From Candidatus Binatia bacterium (GTDB taxonomy: Bacteria; Desulfobacterota; Binatia; UBA9968; CAXXLF01): 64,000 nucleotides of DNA. This document shows positions 52,376 to 61,523 of this stretch, one piece after another. Positions within the stretch are counted from its first letter, which is position 1. Each line of letters opens with the position of its first letter. The position numbers and the translations under genes were made by a program. Below the pieces are notes generated by a model. That model was not told the DNA's origin. It worked only from the letters and a program-made list of their open reading frames with translations, and made no database searches. The DNA is taken from NCBI GenBank assembly GCA_963664015.2, contig CAXXLF010000002.1, positions 2,016,001 to 2,080,000 of the forward strand, written 5' to 3'.

Positions 52376-52544
52376 GCAGGGCCAGAAGTCAGAGGTCGGA
52401 GGTCAGAGATCAGAGTGGGGAGCAGACTGCTGATTTGGGATCTTTGACCGCTTCAGCCGAATCCTCCTGAGACGGGCCCGCGTTAGGAGGGGGCTGATCA
52501 GCCTCAGGCTTAGATCTCTGACTTCACTATTGGGTTATGACTAT

Positions 52545-53402
52545 ATGTCCGGTACTCTCTACATAGTTGCGACTCCCATCGGAAATCTGGAAGATATCAC
52601 CTTACGGGCGCTGCGGATCCTCAAGGAGGTGGACCTCATTGCCGCAGAAGATACCCGCCACACGAAAAAGCTTCTCGCCCATTATGGAATTCACACGCCT
52701 TTAACGAGCTACCACGAGCACAATGAGAGAACCAAGGCCAAACCACTGATCCGCCGTCTCCAGGAAGGGAACTCCGTTGCGCTTGTCTCCGACGCGGGGA
52801 CTCCGCTGCTGGCGGATCCCGGGTTTCGCCTGGTCCAGGAGGCGAACGGTGCCGGCGTCCGGGTGGTCCCCATACCGGGACCGTCGGCCTTGACCGCGGT
52901 CCTGAGTGCCGGCGGACTTACTACGGATTCCTTTTCATTCGAAGGCTTTCTCCCCGCCAAGAAGGCCGCTCGACGAGAAAAATTGCTGCAGCATCGGGAT
53001 GAGACGTGGACACGGATCTTCTACGAAGTCCCACACCGCCTGCGGGCGTCGCTGCAAGACCTCTGGGATATCCTGGGTGATCGGGAAATCGTGCTCGGAA
53101 GAGAGGTTACCAAAATTCACGAAGAGCTCCTTCGAGGCCGTGTAAGCGAAATCATGGCTGAGACCGAATGCAGAGATTGGCGTGGTGAGATCACTCTGCT
53201 AATTGGTGCCGACAAAAGGGATAGGCACGAAGGCAGTGATAGAGACAGGGACAGAGAATTGAGGTTGGAGATTCAGAGACTCAGAGGTGAGGGAAGGCAC
53301 GTGAAAGAGATTGCTGAACTGCTAGGGGATAAATTTTCCGTTCCGAAGAGGGAAGTTTATCGGCTGGCTTTGGAAGGCGAAGGACAAAAAGAAGGTAATT
53401 AG
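52545..53402 (+). CDS. rsmI: 16S rRNA (cytidine-1402-2'-O)-methyltransferase
   Basis: LYIVATPIGNLEDITLRAL, AAEDTR, VSDAGTP and REVTKIHEE. Confidence 0.96.
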   Translation: MSGTLYIVATPIGNLEDITLRALRILKEVDLIAAEDTRHTKKLLAHYGIHTPLTSYHEHNERTKAKPLIRRLQEGNSVALVSDAGTPLLADPGFRLVQEANGAGVRVVPIPGPSALTAVLSAGGLTTDSFSFEGFLPAKKAARREKLLQHRDETWTRIFYEVPHRLRASLQDLWDILGDREIVLGREVTKIHEELLRGRVSEIMAETECRDWRGEITLLIGADKRDRHEGSDRDRDRELRLEIQRLRGEGRHVKEIAELLGDKFSVPKREVYRLALEGEGQKEGN

Positions 53403-53851
53403 CTGGTCGCGGCAATGACGAAGGGTAAATTGACAAAATTTGATTAGGCATTATCGGGTACTCAAAAGTGATTCGTTACGTAATCCTAATCACTCCAGCA
53501 ACAATAACCTTATTTCCCTTACTTATGGCCGAAGCCATTCGTGGTCTCAGGCTTAGCGGGACGATTTTCGCTCGAAACAAGCTTTTTGCGATTATTGTAG
53601 CTATTTCAGGTCTTGCGTTTCTTATGGAAATTGCCGCGGGGGAAAACTCAATCTTCTACAATAAGGATCTGATTTTTCCAATTCTAGGTGGCCTTTGATT
53701 TAAAAGATCAGAGCCGTTTGTGAATTGACTAAAGACGGAGATAATAAGATCATAGTCTAAGGAAGCCACGCCTGTTGATCTTCAGTGTTCGCAACGGACA
53801 TCGCGCGGTAGTGAGGTACCGTTAGCCATCTAATGTAAATCAAGCCAAACA

Positions 53852-54600
53852 ATGGAACATCCCCATTATGGCTATCGTGTCGTCGGAGCAGGCCCAAGTG
53901 GGCTGACATTAGCCAATAAATTATTACAGAAGCAGCGAAAAGTCCTTGTCCTGGAGCGTGATCCGCGAGTTGGGGGGGGGGTAGTCAAGAGCCACAATCA
54001 TGATGGGCAAATATTCGATACCGGGCCCAAACGGTTCCATACGGGTGATCCCATTGTTATGAATTGTATCAATGAAATTATAAAAGGCGATGCGCTGCGT
54101 ATCAGGCGCTCAGCAAAGGTCTATTTTTTTAAAGAGGTGTTTCGAGTGGCCGCAGCAATCGAAAGACCTACGGAAGCTGTCTATTCGGACCTCAATAAAA
54201 TGCGCTTAGGATCTTTTGAAATATAGAAGAATCATCGACAAAGACTCATTCCGTGATTACATTCATTCGAAATGTGGGGGAACGCTGTACGCTGCCTCCT
54301 TATGAGGCGTACACGGGGAAATTCCTCCGCTGGGATCCTGAAGGTATACATTCTGATTGGGCAAGTACGGGAATCAATCGATCAACGATTGATAAAAGAA
54401 TAAGTGCCAATACCCTTTCGGATATTTTGAAGGGGTTAATGCTTCCGGAAAAAGTAGAGGCCTAATCCTGGTAGCCGAGCGAAGGAGGATTTGGCGGTTT
54501 TTACGAAAAGTTATATTCGTTATGCAAAAGCCATGATAATTTCCAAATCCTTTTCAACGATACCGTCGCAGCGCTTGAAGACCGCCCGCATCCTCCTTAA
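53852..54600 (+). pseudogene. FAD-dependent oxidoreductase (amine oxidase / UDP-galactopyranose mutase-like), disrupted
   Basis: VVGAGPSGL, LERDPRVGG, FDTGPKRF, YTGKF and PSEGGFGGFYEKL spread over several frames with stops; AT-richer than its flanks. Confidence 0.7.
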
Positions 54601-54870
54601 AGCTAAACGTGACGGTCGGTTCAATGCCCCGCCTTGTGCATCACTCGCCGTGCCCAATCAAGTATTGACTTTCCCCTGAGGATAGCCAGATATGAAAGTT
54701 TGCAAGTGTTGGTATGCGCGAGAGCGACCAGGGGGGTACCAAGAGAGAGGTTTGCTGCTTGGCCCTGGAAACCGGAAGGAAAAAAGAAGGATAATGAATC
54801 CAAAGTTAATCAGCCAAGATGATGACCGGGTCGGGCCCGTAGCCTAAACTCCCCAGCGGATAATCGGACC

Positions 54871-55761
54871 ATGGAACAACGAAAATGTTTTCACCATACC
54901 TTTAATGATGAATTCGGGCGGATGAAGGTGGCGTTGTCCGCCTCCCCAGTAAACCATGGGAGTAAGCTCGTTGTGGCTTCATTTGTGATCGTGGCCTTCG
55001 CAGCCATGCTGCTTGGAACGGGCATGACCTCAAGGGCCGCTACGAATCAAGTCCAGGAACTGTCGGTTGCGGCTGCGGCCAGCCTTAGATTCGCTATGGC
55101 CCATCTGGTGGATCGCTTCGAGCACCGGAATGCGGATGTCCGGGTCAAGGTCACCTACGGATCCAGCGGCCATTTCTTCGCCATGCTATCACAGCGGGCG
55201 CCGTTCGACATCTTTTTCTCGGCGGATATCGACTATCCCGGTCGGCTGGTTGTGAAAGAGTATGCCATTCAGGGGGCGCCCTTCCTCTATGCAATAGGCC
55301 GTGCCGTGATCTGGGTACGGGCGGATTCGCCGGTGTCGGTGGAGTCGCTTGGAATTCACTCTTTGCTTGTCCCATCGATCCGAAAGATCGCCATCGCCAA
55401 TCCCAGGCATGCGCCTTACGGTAGGGCAGCCCGGTCGGCCCTGAAAAGCCTGGGTGTCTATAAAGAGGTACAATCAAAATTGGTCTACGGAGAAAACGTC
55501 GCCCAGGCGACACACTTCGTCAAGACGGGGTCTGCCGATATCGGTATGATTGCCCTATCTCTCGCCCTTGCCCCCCCCTTGGCTAAGAAGGGCCGTTATT
55601 GGGAGCTGCCTTCCGATACCTATCCACCAATCGAACACAGCGGGGTGATCCTTCACTGGGCTAAAAATCCGGACCCCGCAGAGCGGTTTCGTCGTTTTGT
55701 TTTGGGGACCGAGGGTAGGACGGTCTTCAAAAAGTACGGTTATATGCTACCGGGAGAGTAA
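54871..55761 (+). CDS. modA: Molybdate ABC transporter substrate-binding protein
   Basis: VAAAASL, YGSSG, IANPRHAPYGRAA and GENVAQ; start codon uncertain. Confidence 0.94.
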   Translation: MEQRKCFHHTFNDEFGRMKVALSASPVNHGSKLVVASFVIVAFAAMLLGTGMTSRAATNQVQELSVAAAASLRFAMAHLVDRFEHRNADVRVKVTYGSSGHFFAMLSQRAPFDIFFSADIDYPGRLVVKEYAIQGAPFLYAIGRAVIWVRADSPVSVESLGIHSLLVPSIRKIAIANPRHAPYGRAARSALKSLGVYKEVQSKLVYGENVAQATHFVKTGSADIGMIALSLALAPPLAKKGRYWELPSDTYPPIEHSGVILHWAKNPDPAERFRRFVLGTEGRTVFKKYGYMLPGE

Positions 55762-55765
55762 TTCG

Positions 55766-56428
55766 TTGGATTGGACAGCGCTTTGGTTGACCTTGAAGTT
55801 GGCCGTGGGAACAACTGCCATTCTACTTGTAGTTGGCCTGCCTTTGGCCTATTGGCTGGCGACGACTCGAAGCAAGGCGGCTCCTGTCGTTGAGACCCTG
55901 GTTGCCTTACCCACGGTCTTGCCGCCTACGGTTGCAGGCTTTTACTTCCTTTTAGCCGCCGGGCCCGATACCTTGCTTGGACAAGGCTATCAAACCCTGA
56001 CCGGCGGTCTGCTGCCCTTTACCTTTGAGGGAATCCTGTTCGCCTCGGTCCTGTTTAATTTGCCCTTTGCGGTTAGGCCCTTCACGTCGGCGATGGGGGC
56101 AGTGAACCGCACACTGGTGGAGGCCTCATGGTGCCTGGGTGTCTCACGCCTAGGTACTTTCTTCCGGGTTGTCATCCCCCTGTCCTGGGCGGGAATCCTG
56201 ACCGGATTCATTCTCTCCTTTACTCACACCATTGGTGAATTTGGTGTCGTGCTCATGGTGGGCGGTAACATTCCCGGTGTAACACGGACTCTCTCCGTTG
56301 CCATTTACGACGACGTACAGGCCCTCGATTATGACGGGGCTGCGCGTACGGCCTTGTGGTTGGTCGTCTTCTCATTCGTTGCCCTGTCCGTTACCTACAG
56401 TCTGGGCCGGCGGAGATGGTCCATATGA
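55766..56428 (+). CDS. modB: Molybdate ABC transporter permease
   Basis: LPTVLPPTVAGFY and GEFGVVLMVGGNIPGVTRT. Confidence 0.95.
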   Translation: MDWTALWLTLKLAVGTTAILLVVGLPLAYWLATTRSKAAPVVETLVALPTVLPPTVAGFYFLLAAGPDTLLGQGYQTLTGGLLPFTFEGILFASVLFNLPFAVRPFTSAMGAVNRTLVEASWCLGVSRLGTFFRVVIPLSWAGILTGFILSFTHTIGEFGVVLMVGGNIPGVTRTLSVAIYDDVQALDYDGAARTALWLVVFSFVALSVTYSLGRRRWSI

Positions 56429-57513
56429 ACGACGGGCTTGTCGCCGAGTTCAAGAAGCAGTTTCCCAAAGGTGCCGAAATCCAGGCCATGCTGCGGCAGC
56501 CTGCCCGAGGTTTTTCCATTACCGTGCTCTTCGGCCCCTCGGGGGGGGGGAAGTCTACGGTCCTCAGGTGCCTGGCCGGGTTGGAACGTCCCGATGAAGG
56601 AGTAATCCAGTTCGAGGGCCAGACATGGTTCGACGGGGCAACCGGGGTATCTTTGTCTCCGCAAAAACGCGATATCGGATTTCTGTTTCAAGAATACGCC
56701 CTGTTCCCCCATATGCGTGTGGAGGCCAATGTGGGCTATGGCCTGACCGAAATTCCCAAAGTGGAGCGGCGGCGCAAAGTGGCTGAAATGCTCGATATCT
56801 TTGGACTCACCGGCATGGAGCAGCGGTATCCCCATCAAATATCCGGTGGCCAGCAGCAGCGGGTCGCACTGGCGAGAGTCCTGGTGCGCCGTCCCCGCCT
56901 TCTGCTATTAGATGAACCCTTTTCAGCATTGGACGCGACGCTCAGGGAGGAGATCCGTCCGGAGCTTAGACGAATCCTGGCCCGTTTTGCCGTTCCAGTT
57001 TTGCTGGTAACCCACGAACGCTCGGAAGTCATTTCCCTGGCTGATCGAGTGGCCATCGTCGATGGGGGACAGATTCGGCAGACGGGAGCGGTTCATGAGG
57101 TTTTTAATCGACCGGCGGATACGTCGGTGGCGAGAATCGTCGGTATGGAGACCGTTGTCCCAGGGAAAGTAGTTAAGGCCGAGGACGGTCTTGTCAGCGT
57201 GGCCATCTCAGAATGCGAACTGACCGCCGTCTCTACCATAAAGGTCGGTAGTGAAGTTGAGGTATGCATTCGTGCCGAAGATGTCATCCTTCAGTGCGGG
57301 GATATCCCGGCTGCCAGTGCGCGCAATTGCCTGGAGGCACGAGTCGAGGCCGTGACTTCCGCCGGTCCAATGAATCGGGTTTCTCTGGACGCGGGGTTTT
57401 CCCTGACGGCTTTAGTGACTCGTCCCGCCTGCGAGGATCTGAGAATACGACCGGGCGCAAGGCTTATGGCGTTAGTCAAAGCCCCTGCCGTTCATCTAAT
57501 TACCAGGGGTTAA
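56425..57513 (+). CDS. modC: Molybdate ABC transporter ATP-binding protein with TOBE domains
   Basis: GPSGGGKST, ISGGQQQRVALAR and LLDEPFSALD; C-terminal TOBE/Mop region. Confidence 0.92.
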   Translation: MNDGLVAEFKKQFPKGAEIQAMLRQPARGFSITVLFGPSGGGKSTVLRCLAGLERPDEGVIQFEGQTWFDGATGVSLSPQKRDIGFLFQEYALFPHMRVEANVGYGLTEIPKVERRRKVAEMLDIFGLTGMEQRYPHQISGGQQQRVALARVLVRRPRLLLLDEPFSALDATLREEIRPELRRILARFAVPVLLVTHERSEVISLADRVAIVDGGQIRQTGAVHEVFNRPADTSVARIVGMETVVPGKVVKAEDGLVSVAISECELTAVSTIKVGSEVEVCIRAEDVILQCGDIPAASARNCLEARVEAVTSAGPMNRVSLDAGFSLTALVTRPACEDLRIRPGARLMALVKAPAVHLITRG

Positions 57514-57726
57514 ATTTTAACCTTTACAAGAGTTCAAGGAAATTACTTCAACAAAGTTTTTCGCGCCAAGACGCCAAGGCCGCAAAGAAAAATATTCCCT
57601 TATTTTTTCCAAGCTTGGCGTGCTTTGCGTCTTTGCAGCTCGCCCCGTGGAATACCGACTCCACCGAGGTTGACTTGTTCGTCCGAAGCACTATTCCACA
57701 GGGCGAGTCATCTCTTTTTCGATTCT
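57510..57726 (-). repeat. Dispersed composite repeat, copy D, with a nested palindrome at 57639-57707
   Basis: Aligns with 1404-1550 once CTCGCCCCGTGGAATA...TATTCCACAGGGCGAG is removed. Confidence 0.75.
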
Positions 57727-57804
57727 GTAAGGCGATGCAAAAAACGCCCCTGTTCCCAGCTAAGAACTTGCAAATTCAGGACCGCTGGAATAGATAAAAG
57801 GGCC

Positions 57805-58776
57805 ATGGCCCTGCTCCTCAAAGCCAGCGACCTTCGTCCCTTGTTCGAAACTCCTTCCTCCATGGATGCCCTTCTTGAGGGCATCACGGCGGTCATGGGA
57901 AACCTTCAGGCGGGGGAAGGTGTTAACCACCCCGACCTTCGTCTCACATTGGAAGATCATAAGCGAACACTTCGCTTTCTTTCGGCGACGGCCCCAGGGT
58001 GTGGGGTTGGGATGCGCGCGTGGCCACTATTTCCCGGGGCACAAGATGCCAATTTCATTCTCCTCTTTGACGGTGCCACTGGTAGCTTCCAGGCCTTGGT
58101 TGCGGGCGGCGAAATAAACGTCTGGCGTACGGGGGCCCCGGCAGGAGTCGCTTGCCGTTTCCTTGGGCGGAAAAATGCAAAGAGGGTTGGCCTTCTGGGA
58201 AGCGGACGCCAGGCAAGAGGACAACTCCTCGCGATTTGTAGAGCCATGCCCTCTCTGGAACAGGTCCGAGTCTTCAGCCCTACAGAGGAACATCGCACAC
58301 GTTTCGCAAAAGAAATGAGCGCTTGGCTAGAGGTCGAGGTCGAACCGGTTGGGGACGCACGGGCCGCCGTCGAAGGAGCCGATATCATCGACGTGGCAAC
58401 CAAATCGAGAAACCCGGTACTGGAATCTCAATGGATTTCTCATGGTGCACTTATCATTACCATTGCCAGCGGGCAGATCCCTCCGGAACTCGTTTTGCGC
58501 TCACGGGTCCTGGCCTCCTGGAAGAAAGAGGTCCTGGAAGGTAAGCCGCCCCGTGAACCTTACAAGGCCATGATCGCCGACCAGGTGTGGTCGGCGGATC
58601 AGATCGTCGGTGAACTCGGTGAAGTGATTGCCGGGCATGTAACCGGGCGACGGGATGACAGCGAGGTCGTCATATTCGAAATGCCAGGTGTCCCCATGTG
58701 GGACACCGCAGCGGCGGCGTGGGCATACGGTTGGGCCCTTAAGAACAAGGTGGGAAGCCCCTTCTCACTGATGTAA
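57805..58776 (+). CDS. Ornithine cyclodeaminase/mu-crystallin family protein
   Basis: WRTGAPAGVA, LLGSGRQARGQ, ADIIDVAT and GRRDDSEVVIF. Confidence 0.88.
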   Translation: MALLLKASDLRPLFETPSSMDALLEGITAVMGNLQAGEGVNHPDLRLTLEDHKRTLRFLSATAPGCGVGMRAWPLFPGAQDANFILLFDGATGSFQALVAGGEINVWRTGAPAGVACRFLGRKNAKRVGLLGSGRQARGQLLAICRAMPSLEQVRVFSPTEEHRTRFAKEMSAWLEVEVEPVGDARAAVEGADIIDVATKSRNPVLESQWISHGALIITIASGQIPPELVLRSRVLASWKKEVLEGKPPREPYKAMIADQVWSADQIVGELGEVIAGHVTGRRDDSEVVIFEMPGVPMWDTAAAAWAYGWALKNKVGSPFSLM

Positions 58777-58879
58777 GAGGTTTCGAGGTTAACTTTGGTG
58801 ATCCTTGCCGGTGAAAGAGCCAGCGCCGGTCGGCTACGGTTCGTTCATGGATTGGGTCGACGCTTTCAGGAGGAATGGC

Positions 58880-59323
58880 TTGACGGAAGCAAATGAAGAG
58901 TTAAGGGCCACCGGTATTATTGAAGAGATCAAACGGGCGGAAATCCGGTTCGTCGTTGCCCTTCCGGACCGCACGACCAGCCACCACTTGTTGAAAGGCC
59001 TCTCCCAGGATTCTGCCCTACGGCTCGTGAAGGTGTGCAAGGAAGACGAAGGTATCTCCATCTGCAGCGGGATTTACTGTTGTGGACACCGCGCCCTACT
59101 TTTAATTCAATATACGGGCCTGCTGGGCAAGGAACCGGGTCTGCCGCCTACCCAGTCGGGACGCTACGGACTTAGGATCGTGGAGCCGGTACTCGATGCC
59201 ATGGAGATCGAGCACCACATGATTGAGACACCCGAGGACACAAGTAAGATCGTGCCGGCCGTGAAACGTGCATACGACCTGGCCATGCCGGTGGTGATGC
59301 TCATAGGAAGGGAGCCCCATTAG
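58880..59323 (+). CDS. ThDP-dependent decarboxylase alpha subunit (sulfopyruvate/phosphonopyruvate decarboxylase-like), apparently internally deleted
   Basis: VVALPD and CKEDEGISICSG; RBS AGGAGG before TTG 58880; short YTGLL|GKEPG junction. Confidence 0.7.
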   Translation: MTEANEELRATGIIEEIKRAEIRFVVALPDRTTSHHLLKGLSQDSALRLVKVCKEDEGISICSGIYCCGHRALLLIQYTGLLGKEPGLPPTQSGRYGLRIVEPVLDAMEIEHHMIETPEDTSKIVPAVKRAYDLAMPVVMLIGREPH

Positions 59324-59325
59324 CG

Positions 59326-59893
59326 ATGATGAAACGGGACGAGTGCCTGAAGGTTTTCGCGCAGCATAGGAGCGATGAAATCGTTGTGGCGGTCTATTCG
59401 GCGGCTCAAGAGTGGGTTCACATCTCTCCAAACGAACTCAACTACACTTTTACCGGGGCCATGGGGCAGGGATCCTCTCATGGCCTGGGATTGGCTTTCG
59501 GCCGCCCCGACATGCGTGTCATTATCCTGGATGGGGACGGCAGCTTGCTGATGAACCCGGGCTCATTGGTCACTATTGCCAACGCAGCCCCCCGTAACCT
59601 GATTCATTGTGTTTGTGAAAATGGCACCTACTGAAACCAATGGCAGTGTGTCTATCCCGGGAGTTGGGAGGCTCAGCTTTGCCGGGATGGCCCGGGAAGC
59701 GGGTTACTCTCGGGCTTATGAATTCGACAACCTGGAAGATAGGGATCGTGGACTGGAGCAGATTTTACATGATGAGGGTCCTGTCCTTGTCGACCTGAAG
59801 GTCGAGCCCGGCGAACGGTATCCTGAAGATTTCAGGCGCCTCTATAGCGTGAAGCTTAGAGATGCCTTTCGCCAGGCCCTTTCCAAGCGGTAA
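59326..59893 (+). pseudogene. ThDP-dependent decarboxylase beta subunit, frameshifted
   Basis: GAMGQGSS and DGDGSLLMN...NGTY ThDP motif; an extra T at 59632 gives TAC TGA instead of TAC GAA ACC AAT. Confidence 0.8.
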
Positions 59894-60033
59894 CCCTTTC
59901 TATTCCTTTCGCCTCCCGTGATTAGATCGCAGTTCCAGGATTCGGTATCCAGTCCTTCAGCTTGTATTCGAGGCAACAATCGTCTATCCGACGATTTACA
60001 AAGAATTTTCACACCCGCAAAAATGGGTGGCCC

Positions 60034-60050
60034 TGCCCAATAAAAGGGCA
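60034..60050 (+). promoter_or_regulatory. Putative NtrC-type enhancer site
   Basis: 17-bp palindrome TGCCC-AATAAAA-GGGCA about 120 bp upstream of a sigma54 promoter. Confidence 0.6.
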
Positions 60051-60165
60051 CGGGATGATTAGATTATAGGCGTTCGGGAATCCGGCCCTTCGTCTTCGTG
60101 GTGGGTGGTCGTCAAACCCCTTGCTACTTCAGGGAGATCCGAAGATTCGATAACTGTCAAATCAA

Positions 60166-60181
60166 TGGCATGCGGTTTGCT
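60166..60181 (+). promoter_or_regulatory. Sigma54 (-24/-12) promoter of the urt operon
   Basis: TGGCATGCGGTTTGCT: GG-N10-GC with consensus flanks. Confidence 0.8.
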
Positions 60182-60225
60182 TCTATACGATAGCTCAGGG
60201 GAAATTTTGTACTTTGGAGGTTCCG

Positions 60226-61512
60226 ATGATGAAAGACTTAGTAAAACATGTTTTTGGGGTTGCAGCCGTTGCGGCCGTTTTGGGTCTTTGGGTCTTAAAC
60301 GCTCAGGCGGCAGAGACCATCAAGGTGGGTGTGCTCCATTCGCTATCCGGTACCATGGCGATCAGCGAAACGACATTGAAGGACACGGTCCTGATGATGG
60401 TCGATGACCTGAATAAGCGCGGCGGTCTCCTCGGTAAAAAGGTTGAGGCGGTAGTTGTAGACCCGGCCTCGAACTGGCCACTGTTCGCCGAAAAGGCGAG
60501 AGGACTCATTTCGAAGGAAAAAGTTGATGTTGTTTTCGGCTGCTGGACTTCGGTATCGCGCAAGTCTGTGCTGCCCGTATTCGAAGAGCTAAACGGCCTG
60601 TTGTTCTATCCCGTCCAGTATGAAGGCGAGGAGAGCTCACGTAACGTCTTTTACACCGGTGCGGCGCCGAACCAGCAAGCCATCCCGGCGGTGCAATACC
60701 TGATGGGCGAAGACGGCGGGAATGCGAAACGCTGGGTGCTGGTCGGTACCGACTATGTTTACCCACGCACCACGAATAAAATCCTCGAAGCCTTTCTCAA
60801 ATCGAAGGGTGTGAAGTCCAAAGACATTATGATCAACTACACACCCTTCGGCCACTCCGACTGGCAGACCATCGTGGCGGATATCAAGAAGTTCGCTTCC
60901 GCCGGCAAAAAAACGGCCGTCATCTCCACGATCAACGGCGATGCCAACGTGCCCTTCTACAAGGAACTGGCCAATCAGGGAATCAAGGCGGAGGATATCC
61001 CGGTTGTGGCCTTTTCCGTTGGTGAGGAGGAGCTTGCCGGTATCGACACGAAAAACCTGGTTGGCCACCTCGCCGCCTGGAATTATTTTCAATCGGTAGA
61101 CTCGTCTACGAACAAGCCCTTCATCAAGAAGTGGCATGCCTTTATTAAGAACCCGAAGCGTGTGACCAACGACCCCATGGAGGCGACTTTCATCGGCTTC
61201 AAGATGTGGGTTCAGGCGGTGCAACAGGCGGGGACGACGCAGGTGGACGCGGTCCGTCAGGCGATGTACGGACAGAAGGTCAAGTCGCCGAGCGGATTCG
61301 ATATTGTGATGAATACCAACCATCACCTGTCGAAGCCGGTCATGATCGGCGAGATCCAGCCCGATGGTCAGTTCGAAATCGTCTGGCAGACCAGTAAGCC
61401 GATCAAGGCCGATGCCTGGAGCCCTTACCTTCCTGAGAGTGCGAAGCTGACGGCGAATTGGGCCTATCCGTGGGTCTGCGGAAACTGCAAGAAACCCAGG
61501 TTTGACCAGTAG
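60226..61512 (+). CDS. urtA: Urea ABC transporter substrate-binding protein
   Basis: KVGVLHSLSGTMAISE, FGCWTSVSRKSVLPV, GAAPNQQ and GTDYVYPRTTN. Confidence 0.96.
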   Translation: MMKDLVKHVFGVAAVAAVLGLWVLNAQAAETIKVGVLHSLSGTMAISETTLKDTVLMMVDDLNKRGGLLGKKVEAVVVDPASNWPLFAEKARGLISKEKVDVVFGCWTSVSRKSVLPVFEELNGLLFYPVQYEGEESSRNVFYTGAAPNQQAIPAVQYLMGEDGGNAKRWVLVGTDYVYPRTTNKILEAFLKSKGVKSKDIMINYTPFGHSDWQTIVADIKKFASAGKKTAVISTINGDANVPFYKELANQGIKAEDIPVVAFSVGEEELAGIDTKNLVGHLAAWNYFQSVDSSTNKPFIKKWHAFIKNPKRVTNDPMEATFIGFKMWVQAVQQAGTTQVDAVRQAMYGQKVKSPSGFDIVMNTNHHLSKPVMIGEIQPDGQFEIVWQTSKPIKADAWSPYLPESAKLTANWAYPWVCGNCKKPRFDQ

Positions 61513-61523
61513 GCAACCGATGA

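Noticed and set aside
54660-54870. Moco riboswitch or ModE box upstream of modA
   Set aside because: Only a short CCAGGG/CCCTGG stem is visible; no convincing Moco consensus or ModE palindrome.
59629-59637. Selenocysteine or readthrough TGA in the decarboxylase beta subunit
   Set aside because: The protein continues in a different frame, so this is a frameshift rather than readthrough.
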